Shown here piece by piece: positions 44,848-56,800 of a stretch of DNA of 64,000 bases. This stretch comes from Diplonema japonicum. Taxonomy: Eukaryota > Protista > Euglenozoa: Diplonemea. The position numbers and the translations under genes are program-made. Numbering within the stretch: the first letter of the stretch is position 1; each line of letters opens with the position of its first letter. A model generated the notes under the pieces. The model did no database searches, had not been told where the DNA came from, and saw nothing but the letters and a program-made list of their open reading frames with translations. Where the stretch lies: the NCBI GenBank assembly GCA_964019335.1, contig OZ025722.1:413877-477876 (forward strand), written 5' to 3'.

Positions 44848-46446
44848 ATGGCGACGCTAAAGATGCTTGGGTTGATGCTGCTTGCGGCAGGGGCGGCAGG
44901 GCAGTCAGTGGCAGACTGCCAACGCTGCATCAACAGGAACGAGCCTTGCTACAAATCCGGGTGGGCAGAGCCGTGCTACCCCGGCGGGGGCAGCGCGAGC
45001 GTGTGCACGTCGAACCAGGCGACGTGGTGCCCGTCGATGGGGGGCACGGTGCCGGCGCCCCCTCCGACGCCGACGCCCCCGACCCCTCCGCCCGGACCGT
45101 CGGCGCAGGCAGAGGAGGACAGCAGGATGATCGCCTATGTCGGGAACTGGCAGGCGTGCCCCACGGATGCGCAGATGAACGCCTACACGCACGTGCTCGT
45201 GTCGTTCGCGGTGACCTACACGTGGAACCCCGGGAAGAACACCTGCAACCAGCAGTGCCAGATCTCGTCGCCCGTGCCGGTGTGCGGGAACGCCCCGCAG
45301 CCGGCGCTCGTGCAGAAGTGGAGGGCGGCGGGGAAGAAGGTGATCCTGTCCTTCGGGGGTGCCGGGATGGGGGGCTCTTGGGACGGGCTGGACGACTGCT
45401 GGGAGTACTGCTACGGGAAGGAGGACTTCGTGATCCAGCAGCTGGTGGAGATCGCGAGGGACCAGAACTTCGACGGGGTGGACATTGACTACGAGTACTA
45501 CTACGAGAACGGGCAGAGGGGGTCCTCCTTCGCGAAGGGGGCGCAGGCACAGAAGTTCCTGAGGGACGTGACGGTCGGGCTGAGGCAGAGCCTCCCCTCC
45601 GGGAGCGAGGTCTCGCACGCCCCGATGGACATCGACATGAAGCAGGGGACCGGCTACTACAACGTCATCAAGGAGGTGGCGAGCTCCATGGACTTCATCA
45701 TGCCGCAGTACTACAACGGGGTGACGCGCCCCAACTCGGACGGGATCAACGGCGGGGTACACGAGTCCGCCCTGGCGCACTACAAGACTCTTGTGACAGA
45801 CTGCTTCGGGAACGACCCCACGAAGGTGGTCTTCGGCTTCTGCATCAGCGACTGCGGGGGCACCGGCTCCAACAGCAACGCGCAGCAGGCCATCAGCGTG
45901 ATGGAGGACCTGAACAAGGAGTACGCCTGCAACGGGGGGGCCTTCTTCTGGGTTGCCGCCCACGACGGGAACGGGGCCTGGTCCCAGGCAGTCTCCGCCA
46001 CCGTCACTCCTTCCAGGGGGTGCAGCCACGGGAACAACCCCCCTCCTGCCTCCACCCCGATGCCTACTCCAATGCCGACCCCTGTGCCCACCGTCGCCTC
46101 CACCCCGGTTCCCACAACTGCCCGCACCCCTGCTCCTACCCCGATGCCTACTCCGATGCCGACCCCGATGCCTACCCCTCAGCCCGATACCACTGTTCGC
46201 ACCCCTGCCCCTACTCCGATGCCGACCCCTCAGCACACCCCCGCTCCCACTCCTCAGCCCGCTGCCTCTACGCCGGTCCCCACCTCGGACGCCAGCTGTG
46301 CCCGCAGGATCGGTGCATGGGGTGGGTGTCTCTCGGACCCTAACTGCTGCGAGGCTGGGCTGTCGTGCTACCAGCAGAACCAGTGGTGGGCCAGGTGCCT
46401 GTCTGTTTGCCACTACGCACCAGAGTGCGTGAAGATCGGCAACTAG
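44848..46446 (+). CDS. Secreted GH18 chitinase with Pro/Thr linker and C-terminal CBM1-like module
   Basis: KVILSFGG, intact FDGVDIDYE (DxxDxDxE), MPQYYN, GGAFFW; PTPM repeats; [22 protein letters not shown]. Confidence 0.95.
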   Translation: MATLKMLGLMLLAAGAAGQSVADCQRCINRNEPCYKSGWAEPCYPGGGSASVCTSNQATWCPSMGGTVPAPPPTPTPPTPPPGPSAQAEEDSRMIAYVGNWQACPTDAQMNAYTHVLVSFAVTYTWNPGKNTCNQQCQISSPVPVCGNAPQPALVQKWRAAGKKVILSFGGAGMGGSWDGLDDCWEYCYGKEDFVIQQLVEIARDQNFDGVDIDYEYYYENGQRGSSFAKGAQAQKFLRDVTVGLRQSLPSGSEVSHAPMDIDMKQGTGYYNVIKEVASSMDFIMPQYYNGVTRPNSDGINGGVHESALAHYKTLVTDCFGNDPTKVVFGFCISDCGGTGSNSNAQQAISVMEDLNKEYACNGGAFFWVAAHDGNGAWSQAVSATVTPSRGCSHGNNPPPASTPMPTPMPTPVPTVASTPVPTTARTPAPTPMPTPMPTPMPTPQPDTTVRTPAPTPMPTPQHTPAPTPQPAASTPVPTSDASCARRIGAWGGCLSDPNCCEAGLSCYQQNQWWARCLSVCHYAPECVKIGN

Positions 46447-46941
46447 GCTACACTCACGATAAATAAATACACGATGTGAGAAAAAGGAGGGGCTCTCTCT
46501 TATTTAAAAAAGAAAAAAAATATATTTTTTGAATTACTATCTTTTTATTATTGAATTATTTTTGTGTCCCATTTGTGGTAAATGTTTTCTGACCAAAGCG
46601 GCTAGGAAGAGCAGGGTGTGTAAGGTGATGACACTTGTCCCTTCCCTGAACACCACTCTTTAAAAAAAAAAAGCCGAAAGAACCTTTGGACCTTTGACCT
46701 CCGGTTTCAAACCTCTTCCTCTCCTTTATTTCTTCTTTGTATCACGGGCTTCACTTTTTATAAAGGTACCTCCAAAATACTATTTTCAAAGGTCCTACAC
46801 GAAGTCCATCCACCTGATACTCTTCTTCATATGACTATTTTCTTCAAGATTGTTTTTTATTTATTTACTTAGTTTACTTTCTTTTGTCTGATAAATATTC
46901 CACACAGTTTATTTCTATTTATTTAAACACTCTTCTTGAAA

Positions 46942-47215
46942 ATGTCGCGCGTACGGCCAGTTTTCCGTTCCTGTCTGGGGGCGTACGGACCTTTCGTGAT
47001 AGGCGGGAGGGGCACGTACCACGAAGGAATCCAGAAGCTGCAGTACCGGGCAGCTTTAACGATCACAGGATGTGTAGCGTCATCAGAGACATCGCCACAC
47101 TAAACGAGGCTGGCTTGTGGACACTCGAGTCCCTCGTCGGGACGGCTGTTGCCCAGACATGCCCCCTCACCTTCGTGGGGGACGTGAAGCAGTTCGTGGT
47201 GGAGCAGGAGAACGG
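46942..47215 (+). pseudogene. Disrupted 5' fragment paralogous to the gene at 34457
   Basis: 47129-47215 is near-identical to 34495-34581 (SLVGTAVAQTCPLTFVGDVKQFVVEQENG); ATGTCGCGCG at 46942 matches that gene's start, separated by ~175 bp of unrelated sequence. Confidence 0.8.
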
Positions 47216-47276
47216 GCCAGCAGGAGAACAGGACCAAAACTGCAACAACTTCATTTACCGCATGATGGAAGGGGTC

Positions 47277-47640
47277 GTTACTGGTTCGATTCCAAGTTGT
47301 TACACCTTTTCACCTTTTACGATCTTTTCTGCAGCATAATTTTCGGTATTAAACGAAGGTTCTTAAATTCCATTATTGGTTTGATAGGCTCACGAAGGGC
47401 AAGACTGTACTCTACACAGGATCTGTTTTTGAGTATATTCGTGTTGGAGATTACTTACTTCGGCACAAGACCAAAGCTGGATGATGACAGAGGCCAGGCT
47501 TGCACCGCATGAGCACAGCGATGATTGCAACCTTTTGTTTGCCTCCGCCATTTCATGGTGGAGAATGTGCAACCTGGTCACTTACAGCTTGTGTAACATT
47601 GAAGTACACTATGAAGATTCTTTGTTTCTTCATCTTTTTT
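47277..47640 (+). repeat. Dispersed repeat A (inverted copy at 58220-58584)
   Basis: Near-identical reverse-complement sequence; identical peptides appear on opposite strands in the ORF track. Confidence 0.9.
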
Positions 47641-48132
47641 TTTTTTTCTCCACGGGTGTTGGTGGACCACTCAAGCCAGCTCCCCCATCCCTTCCCATGC
47701 TCGTATTTGGGATGCACAGCTGCATCGTCGATGCCATGCTGACCGGATCTGGCTTTGGATTTGGCCGTGTTAAAATTCAACACAAACACAAAACCTGAGA
47801 CTGCTCAGAACGTCGGACATTTTTGTTTTGTTTTTTGCTGTGCTTTGTTGCTTTTTGTTACCACCCAGCGCTTAATATATAAAAAAGGAATAACATTTCT
47901 CGAAAACGGGAAAATTCGGGTAAGATGCCTGTATTATTTATATTATTATTTGCACCACCCCAAAAGTACTTTGTCAAAAGAAATACATGTAAGCTTTTAT
48001 GGAGACACGAAACATGTAAAGCAGAGAGGTAGCAACTAGAGAGGAAAATTCGTGTTAAAAAGTTGTGTCTCCATGTGCCCGTCTTCGCACGTCTCAGGTG
48101 TGATTCTGCACAAATTGTGCAATTTGTTATCG

Positions 48133-48331
48133 GATTTCAAGGCCTATCGAAAGATGGATTACTGATACGGATGTCCAATCCTCTGACCACACTTCGCGTA
48201 CAACTTGTTGAAATCACAAAAACTGCACCTGCAAAGCCGCACACTTCTTGTAACATCCTTGTTTACTAGTGCCCATAATTCCGTATGAAGAAAAGATCTC
48301 TGTATTATTATCATTTGGTCGATATATCATG
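48133..48331 (+). repeat. Dispersed repeat B (inverted copy at 52315-52534)
   Basis: GATGGATTACTGATACGGATGTCC and flanks recur as reverse complement. Confidence 0.85.
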
Positions 48332-49060
48332 ATTTAAACTATAACACATATATATATAAACCTTACTCTCACATATAAACCTTCTTGGCATTATTGCTTC
48401 CTTTAAACACGGTTGATTGATAGGTTGTACTCAACCATTGTATCAAAAAACTAGTTAAGACCCAGTTAGACAAAAAAAATAGAAGAATGACTTTAGTTGT
48501 TTATAAACCGCCTGGCGTACAAGCAACTGACTTTTTAGACAAAAAAACAGATAAAAACCCCAATAACGTCGGAGCAGCTACCTTGGTGGCAGGCAAACGG
48601 AGGTCCACAAACACGAAGTGGATTTGACGGTGGCCTGCCTTGTCCTGCAGTTGGGTTTGATTAGAGAGATCGTACACTTCCCGCGTCGCAGCATACGGTC
48701 ACAATGTCAAAGGTCACGGCAAAAAACGTCCCGAAGTAAACCCAACTTCCGCTTGCTGAAGCGTGGCCCTTTGCTTTATTTTGAATCGAGGTATTTAAGG
48801 GGTCGAATGCACACACACATGAAAATGTAAGCCCAACCCGAGTGTGTGTGGTGGCTGCCCACCTCCCTGGGCAACGTGCACGGATAAGAGGCAGCTTCCC
48901 TCTTGTTGTGTGGGGTGACGCGTGGGGACGCTGGACTCCTGGCCGAGCAAAGAGAGGGGGCCATTCCCCCCAAAACCTCACCCGATGTCTCCTGTTGCTG
49001 CCAGGTCTTTGTGTGTGTCCTCCATTTTCCCTGTCCCCTGCACTTCTCCAACTCATAGTG

Positions 49061-49071
49061 GGTTCGATTCC
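49061..49071 (+). promoter_or_regulatory. Pol III B-box-like element upstream of U2
   Basis: GGTTCGATTCC about 110 nt upstream of U2; A-box-like TGGCCGAGCA at 48940. Confidence 0.4.
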
Positions 49072-49178
49072 AGTTGGTTCTTGTTCTCATGTTGCGGATC
49101 ATGGTGCCCCCCATGGTTAATGGGCAAATAAAAGGAAAAGGTTTTTATTGTTTAGGTGTTGTCTTGTTCTGAGAGGGC

Positions 49179-49368
49179 ATACCTTCTCGGCCTTTTGGCT
49201 AAGATCAAGTGTAGTATCTGTTCTTATCAGCTTAATATCTGATACAGCACCTCGTGTGCTGCGATATTAAACTAATTTGTCGTTGGGGGTGGCAGGTAGC
49301 TCAGGGCAACCTGAGTCTGTCCACAGGTGTTGCCCTGGAGCTGCACAACATCCAGGAGTGGCACACCT
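49179..49368 (+). ncRNA. U2: U2 spliceosomal snRNA
   Basis: ATACCTTCTCGGCCTTTTGGCTAAGATCAAGTGTAGTATCTGTTCTTATCAG 5' signature, stems IIa/IIb, Sm-like AATTTGT, stem III with GCAA loop, stem IV loop TGCAC, downstream T-run. Confidence 0.97.
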
Positions 49369-51259
49369 TACTCTTCTTTTTTAAAATCCACTAACTCAAA
49401 CGCATAATTCACGTGCAAGAGACGAGATGAACGTACTTCACATCGCCGTAAAAGAGCAAAGCCGTTGTTAACTTGGTAAAACCGCACTTCGCATTTCCGC
49501 AATAGGTGAAACCCGGTGATACAGAGTGCGTCCTGTCCTCGAAATGGTGTTTCTCGCTACATTTCTCCGAGAACCCCCTGAGATGTTTTAGTTGAATGCG
49601 TAACAATAACATGCTTTGCAGAGACGTGACTAACAAAGCAGATCCTGTTAGGTGTTTTGTTATGACACACTGTAAAAAAACAAAGGATAGATATCAAAAG
49701 AAATATTAAGATAGAAAATGGTTATGTTGAAAAACACATTATGTCCGTGCTTCTGCAACCTTGCCACAGCACAGATGTGGACACAAAGTATACGCAAAGA
49801 AGAAGGACCGTCTGGACTTTTTTAGGGCGAACCGACGGTCGGGCAAGGCCGCCGTTCATGCGCTAGCTGAAGAACACCGAGCGGGTCTGGAGGACAAACT
49901 CTCGCACACAAAACTAGCGACGGCCGGGGTCGTCGAAGCGGAGGGAGTGGACTCCAGAAACCATGATACGAGTATGCAGGCACGTACCCGGCGAGGAGCC
50001 TAAAACCGCGGAGGAGCTCGGGGATCACATGCGTTTTGTCCGGTTCGCCCTCATCCTCGACTTCGACAACACGTGGATCATGGCCAAGCTTGACTTGGAA
50101 GGCTGGAAGGCGAAGGGGGACAACAGTACACGCGGCCTGGAAATAGGAGAGCCTTAAAGGATCACTACTCCATGGCGACTGACTGGCTGTTCTTCTCGAC
50201 GCTGCAATGGCACAACATCAGTTACTCCCGCCGTTTACCCGCGCTTGTGTTGTTCAAGCAATTTCTCAGGCTGCTTCTGAGCAGTTCACCAGCGATGCAT
50301 TGAGAGCACCCATGCATCCAAGGGGAAAAGTCAGTCCTGGATGGTAGGCTCGAATCCAGACCCTGTGGTCTTTTCACTTTCGGAGGGCACAACACCGACC
50401 CCCCCTTTTGGAAGGATAGAGAAAATTAGCCGGGATGTGTAGGCAGCATCCTGAAACACCCAGCTTTGGGGGGGCAAGCGACGATGTGGAACTGGGTCGT
50501 TCCTGTGTGGGGATCGGAGGCACAGTGTGCTGTGCTGATGTTCTGTCCTGGTTAGTCTGGTGTGCTCAGTGCAGGCTTGTCGCAAGACTCGTCGACACAG
50601 AGCTTGAAGAGGGACGAACCGGGCCAGGCTGGCCATCAGAGCAGCTCCTAGTTCCCGCAACGGACAGTTCCAGGATAGCAGAACTGAGCAGTGCCTGTGT
50701 CTCTGCCACTCAGACTACCTGAACCGCATCGCCCATCTTTTTTGCTTGCTTGCTTTTTTATATTGGTGAGAGTGGTTCAGCTACCGCCGCGCATTTCAGT
50801 TCCGCGAAGTTGCGAATGTTGGGGACGCTGCCGAGAAGCGAGAAGACCGAGATCACAGCGCCGTGGCATGGACAAGCTACCTACAAGCGTGGCAAGCAGC
50901 ACTGGAACAACCCGAAGCCCGTAGGCAACGGAAGAACACGCAAGCCCAAACCTGAATGGGCAAGACAGGCCACGCAGACGATCTCCCGAAGCCAGCTGAC
51001 TGCACCAAAGGACAGACGGACTACCACACGGGGCAAGCAGTCTGCGACAAGAAGTCTGACAAGCCCCAGTCCCCAAAGACATTCCGGAGGCAGAAGTCTG
51101 CATCACGGGACAAGCGGGCCCTAGTCTCTAGAAAGACTCCAGCTGCAGCCGAGCCCCAGCAACAACCAAGGAGGGCGCTCGACGACAACGGAGAGGTACA
51201 GATCTCAACAACGGCCACTACCAAGCAGTTGCTAGGAAGATCATGCACACCTCCTCCGG

Positions 51260-52222
51260 ACTGACGGTGGGCGTCGTACTTTCGTGCAAAGGAATTTTGC
51301 TACTTTGTTCTTTTTAGTCTTCGTTATGTCTATCCTGATCGGACGTTTTCCCTGTGGTTTCTGGGGGAGAAACACGGCAAAAACAGCAGGGACAGCCACT
51401 TTGGTGTGCTCTCTCGTGTTTGGCTTTGGGTGCCTCGTTCCACAACAATTAAACAAATAGCTAACATCACCAATACGATACGGTGCACCGTGCATGTAGT
51501 TACTGATGTCTTTAGCCCGTACAAAAAGAAAATTCTTGAGTTTCCAGATTTTACAGGTGCATATGAGCTCAGGAGCACACCGGAGGGTGTATTTGCTACG
51601 TGCGCATCCACGAGCAAGAAAGAACTAAAGTACATCATCAAACTCGATGCAGACAGGGCAAAGAAAGGGCCCCCAGTCTGTGAATCTCGTGATGAGTATG
51701 AGGACGTTCCTGATAGCCTTCCAGGACTTGAAAAACGAGAAAGAATAGTAACCAAATTACAAAAATACTCGACACCCCCCATGACAAGCCCAAAGCACCA
51801 AGTACACCTACGGATGAGCCTCTTAAAACCCCCCAAAATGCTGTAGAAGGCCTAATAGTATGAAAAAGAAACGAGATCGCCCACCCAGCAGCAGCACATC
51901 TCAGCCGCAGAAGATTAGGAAATGAAGGTTTCCACTTCCAACATCATTTCAGCCACCTTCTAGTAGTGAGTTCCGCTATTTCTTGCTATTGAAAGCATAC
52001 TCTCTGACTTTACCAAAACCACTAAAACCCGATTTTGACCCTAAAACTGAATTTTTCATAGGTCAAAATAGCACTCTCGAGCGATTTCTGACCCGGGTTC
52101 TTTCCTCATATGGCCCGGGGAATATAGAGAATCTTTTTTTAAAGGGGGTGGCATGCCCAAAGATGCAACGAAAGTGTCAATTGGCCTCATTTTTTTTGGG
52201 GGGGGTTTGAAATCAACCCATA
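51260..52222 (+). mobile_element. Second, 5'-truncated copy of the TIR DNA transposon at 32797
   Basis: Colinear with ~33417-34391 including the right TIR; AAG here where copy 1 has TAG. Confidence 0.9.
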
Positions 52223-52314
52223 TTAAAATCAGTCCAAGTCACGAAGTACATGTGGAGTCGACATGCCCTCACAGAAGAGCCTTTTATGCACATCTTACTT
52301 GAGCAGACGTCAGA

Positions 52315-52534
52315 CATGATATATCGACCAAATGATAATAATACAAAGATCCTTTCTTCATACGGAATTAAGGGCACTAGTAAACAAGGGTGTTACAAGA
52401 AGTGTGCGGCTTTGCAGGAGGAAAGGTGGGGAGCTGCAGGCTGTACATTAGTGAGTACGCGACGTGTGGTTGTCTGCTGGTCAGAGGATGGGACATCCGT
52501 ATCAGTAATCCATCTTTCGATAGGTCTTGAAATC
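52315..52534 (-). repeat. Dispersed repeat B, inverted copy
   Basis: Reverse complement of 48133-48331. Confidence 0.85.
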
Positions 52535-52860
52535 GAAGGGTGACATGCAGATTACGCCTACGCTGGCGGTTTGTGTTACGGTACAATAGTAATAGGCCAA
52601 TTTTTGCTCGGTTCAGTTGTGGGGCAACTTGTATTGTAGGAGACTTCAAAATACCAGGGAGGAGCGAGTGGCCGCGCCAGGTTTGAGAAGGCCTGATTAG
52701 AGATGGTGACAGTGGCAATGCCGGCGACAGCAGCAGCTCTTAGTCAACAAAAGGGGGGGGCAACTTGTATTGTAACCTTTGTTTCCCCTCTCTTGTTGTA
52801 CCCCTTGTTTCCTTTATGTACCTCGTGGTGAAGTAACTTCAGTGTGTCGTGAAATAATAA

Positions 52861-53614
52861 CTATTTATATAACTCGAGCCGGGTTTTCAAGGTGGGAGTG
52901 AAAATAATATTTTACATTATGTCACTCCCAGCTTTATTTTCACTCCCAGTTTACCTTGAATTAGGCCCAGGAGTGAAATAATGTTCGAGCGTGAAATAAT
53001 GTAACATTATTCCACTCCTGGGCCTAATTTCACCTATTTCACCTATTTTTACAATGGGAAGGAAGGCGAAGGGTACAAAGGCAGAGGCGTCGAAGATCAT
53101 GAACGTTAGCTTGCCATGAAAAGCACCAGCACTTACGAAGCAGAGTGGCACCGCTTTTGCTCTTTTCACAACTTCAAAACAACAAGATCGAAAAGCCCGA
53201 TGGAAGACGAGTTAGTATTGTATTTCCAAGATATGAAGGACAATTTGGGCAAGTTACAGCAAGATCAACGCCATCATCCAACGAAACTTCGGTAAAAAAA
53301 TGCAGAGCTTTCCCAGGGTTGCACTTCTTTTGAAGCGCTTTGAAGAAGGCCATGAGGTGAAAAAAGCTTCGGTGTTCAGTCAGGAACAAATGAAAGAGTA
53401 TCTGGCAATGAAAATCAGCGACCCCTACAACATAGTGTGTCAGGCATATGCAGCTTGCATGTTTGCAGGACAAAAGAGTCGCACAAACTGAAATTTAGCG
53501 ACGACACCCTGTAACCCAAATCCCACTTTTCACCTGTTGTAACCCTGTAACCTCCCACCCTTTCAAACCCGGCTCTTGTCATCAGTAAAGTCATTACTTG
53601 TTGGCAGTAAATAG
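52861..53614 (+). mobile_element. Crypton-like (tyrosine recombinase) non-autonomous element
   Basis: Decayed frame TIWASYSKINAII..FPRVALLLKRFEEGHEVKKASVFSQEQMKEYL resembles the Crypton-type YR N-terminal half; subterminal inverted repeats 52876-52898 / 53552-53575; ends CTATTTA..TAAATAG. Confidence 0.6.
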
Positions 53615-53856
53615 CTTTAGTAACCCTCTGCAGAAAGTAACTGAAGATTTTTATCTATTTCTTCGCTTCTTCATCCTAACTTAAAACCATTTCAGTAACC
53701 CTCTGCAGAAAGTAACTGAAGAAAAAGGAGGGGTTTATGGTACGATCTGTTATAATCTGACGATTATGCTGGAGCGAGGTCGGTATTGTCTTCCTATAAT
53801 CCATGCAGATGTGTCACCACGCAGGCCCTTTTGGGTATCACCTCTTAAAACCTAGT

Positions 53857-56800
53857 TTTTTTTTTTTTTTTTTTCAAAATACCAATGCAGGGCCGCCATG
53901 GAGAGCAACACCTGAGAAAAGGGAAAAAAAGGTGAAGGGAAACCATGGGGAAATAGGGAGGGCAAAGGACCAGGCTTCTGCAAGCAGGAGGAGCCCTGGT
54001 CCCCCACCAACCCGTGCTCTGCTTTGGGACAGCCGAAGAGGGCTGAATTACATTATTCCCTCAGTCAAGTGAGAGAAAAACGGGGGCCTACCTTCCAGCT
54101 GGATGTCCTTCTTTGGCTGGAACCTCCGGCGGAAAGCCCCCCAGGGAGGTATTGCTCCTATTGAGCGAATCATTAAAAAAAGGGGAAATGGGAAACAGTG
54201 AGAGGAAGGGGAAGGAAGGGAAAGGAAAGTGGAAAACACAACATTTCACTTTACACACACGCGGGGCGATCCCTTAGCGCAGCACGGGGGCCGCGGGACC
54301 GGCGTCAAGAGAGACCGGAGGAGGGGGCGGCACGTTTGAAGGTGCAGTGACGTCTGTAGACGCCAGGGATGATGGCGAGGTGAACAGTCCGGAGCGTGAC
54401 CAGGCGAGCAGGCCAGACTCAACAACGAGGTCGTAGATCTGGGTCACGCGTCTCGACAGGGAGAACGCTAGGGAGGGAGTACCAGCAGGAGTGTCGATCG
54501 CCCCCCTCCCGATCACAGGGCACCCACCGACAACATGCTCCCTGGACATCGGTGCTGCGTGGCAGGCTGGGCACCGGAGCACACCCTTGTGCTTCCTGTT
54601 CGGGCCAGCAGTCTGCAGGAAGCCGAAGAAGAGAGCCGAGTGACCAATCCGCAGCCGCGAGATGACCGTTTCAGCTTGTCTGGGGAAGCCAAGGGGGAAG
54701 TGCGCGGACCGAAGCTCGGTCGCCACCGCGTAGTTGTGGGCGAGGGATGTTATGAGCTCCGCGGACCTCCGCACCACCCACCGTCGCACCAGGGCCCTCA
54801 CTGATCGGTAGTCAAGGGAGGGCCTGTCCTGCTTCCGCTTCGTTCCCTCCACGGCCAGAGCGTCAGCCTTCTCGTTCCCGTCCACCCCACAGTGGGAGGG
54901 CACAAACTGGAGGACCACCGGTGTCCCCTGCGTGCGCGCCGCGGTCACCAGCCGGCTCCACGTCTGGTGGTCGAGCTTCTCCCTCTGTCGCGTTGGGCCA
55001 GCTCGCAGCTGCTCGACGAGGGAGAGGGAGTCGGTGCAGATCGACAGCGGGGACTTCGCCAGCGAAGGGTGTGTTTTTCGGAGGGTAGCCACCATATCCA
55101 GCGCCGTTTTCACAGCCATGCCCTCTGCCCGAAAAGATGAACAGGAGTCGTTGACGCCATGGCACATAGACACAGGGGTCAGGGGGGGAGGCAGCTGCAG
55201 ATAAACCCCAGAGCCACCTTTCGCCTTCTGTCCGACCTGTACAACCGAGCCATCCGTGTAGGCATGGATGCCCGGGGGGAGAGCCGCAAGAGCAGCCTCG
55301 GCCGCCTTCCGCCTGTCCGCGTCTGGCGACGATCGCGTGACCCCGCCGGGGAGGTCAGTCCTGAAGTCGACCATGCCTGTCTGCCACGGGGCCGCCAGGG
55401 GCGTAGCCGACAGGTACTCGAAGTGCACCTTTGGTTCCAACCCGCATCGACACAGTGCTTGGTAGCCAGAGCGCAGCCACCCACACCCCAGCCTGTTCGC
55501 CTGCTTCAGCTTGACCGTCTCCCTGTGAACCGGGGAAGACTGCCAGCAGAAGGCCTTCGCCGTCATCGTCGCCGCAGCACCCTCCGCCATTCTTTCGAGG
55601 GGAAGCAGTCCTGCCTCTGCTAGGAGCTTGTACCCTCCGGAGCCACTCCAGCAGCCCGTGATCAGCACCGCCGCCTCCTGGTGAAGCCCAGCCAGGTCCT
55701 TCCTCCCGACATCACTCCCTTCCCTCGCATCTTGTCCAGCAGGGCACCATGGGGCACCAGGTCGAAGGCAGAAGAGAAGTCGAACAGCAGAGCGGCCGAG
55801 AGACGTCGATCGTCTTTGTTCCTCGACATGCACTCAGTGAGGGTTGCCACCTGCTCCTCCGTGGAGCGGCCGCGTCTGAAACCAGCCTGGCTGTCGTGGA
55901 GTCCCTCGACTCCCGTCCCGTCCGCGTCAAGAAGAAACGTGAGCCTCTCCTCGATCATCCTCTCCAGCAGCTTGCAGAGGCAGCTGGTCAGGCAGATCGG
56001 CCGGTAGGAAGCCAAGAGAGTCGCATCTTTTCCAGGTTTCGGTACCGGGACGATCACTCCCTTCTTCCAGGCACCGGGGACGACACCCATCAGCCAGGAG
56101 CGATTGAGGAGTAGAAGGAGGACACCGAGGGAGTCCGTGTTCAGGTGTAGGAGCATCTCCGAGAAGATTCCGTCTTCCCCGGCCGCGCTGCGCGTCTTCA
56201 TCCTTCTCAGGCCGCGGGTGAGGTCGTCCACGGTGAACGCTTGACACCCGAGTCTGCTTGCAGAAGGAGCGGCGTCCTTCGAGTTCCCGTCACCACGCCT
56301 GCCGTAGAGCTTAGCGAAGTGCGCCCCCAGCCGGTCGGCCTTCGCCTTGTCCGACACAAATCTTCCCTCGAGTACAGGAAGGTGTGTCTTTCGGTGCCTG
56401 CCGTCCAGCTTCTTCACCGCTCTGAACGCAGCCCCGAGGTCCTTGCTCCGGCTGAGGTCGGCCGCCATCCTTCCCCATGCCTCACGCTTCGTCTCGTCAA
56501 GGAGTCGGTTGACTTCCTTCACCTTCGCCCTGTACTCCTCCACCACGTCCGCCTCTTGAAGCAGGAGTTCGCGCAGGGTGTTCCGCTCTTCGAAGGCGTC
56601 CTCGAGCTCAGCAGTCCACCAGGGGGTCGGGCCACGTCGCATCCCACAGAGGGGAATGTGGTCGTTCGCCGCAGTCAAAAGGGCTTGTGTAAACCCCTTC
56701 GTGACAGAGTCAATCGGAGCCGCCGTGTCAACACCAGCAAGCAGGCGGGCAACAGCAGCAGTGTAGTCATCCCATCTGGCTTTTTTGAAATTCCAGGTGG

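Noticed and set aside
34460-46413. Long minus-strand ORFs (539, 462, 502 aa) opposite the secreted genes
   Set aside because: Antisense shadows caused by strong codon bias; no motifs, and they mirror the + strand genes
1-46446. Alternative genetic code or non-canonical introns
   Set aside because: TAA, TAG and TGA all terminate genes, and every frame break in host genes is explained by GT-AG introns
50320-50380. GGCTCGAATCC B-box-like motif as a tRNA gene (also GGTTCGATTCC at 47283)
   Set aside because: No cloverleaf, D-arm or acceptor stem could be built
49761-51250. Short GC-rich ORF fragments; similar debris at 32100-32700
   Set aside because: Probably decayed TE sequence, but no motif allows a supported call
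53619-53722. 29-bp direct repeat with 46-bp spacer resembling a mini CRISPR; also an 18-bp direct repeat at 52621/52757
   Set aside because: Only two units, eukaryotic context, no cas genes; more likely local duplication or TSD
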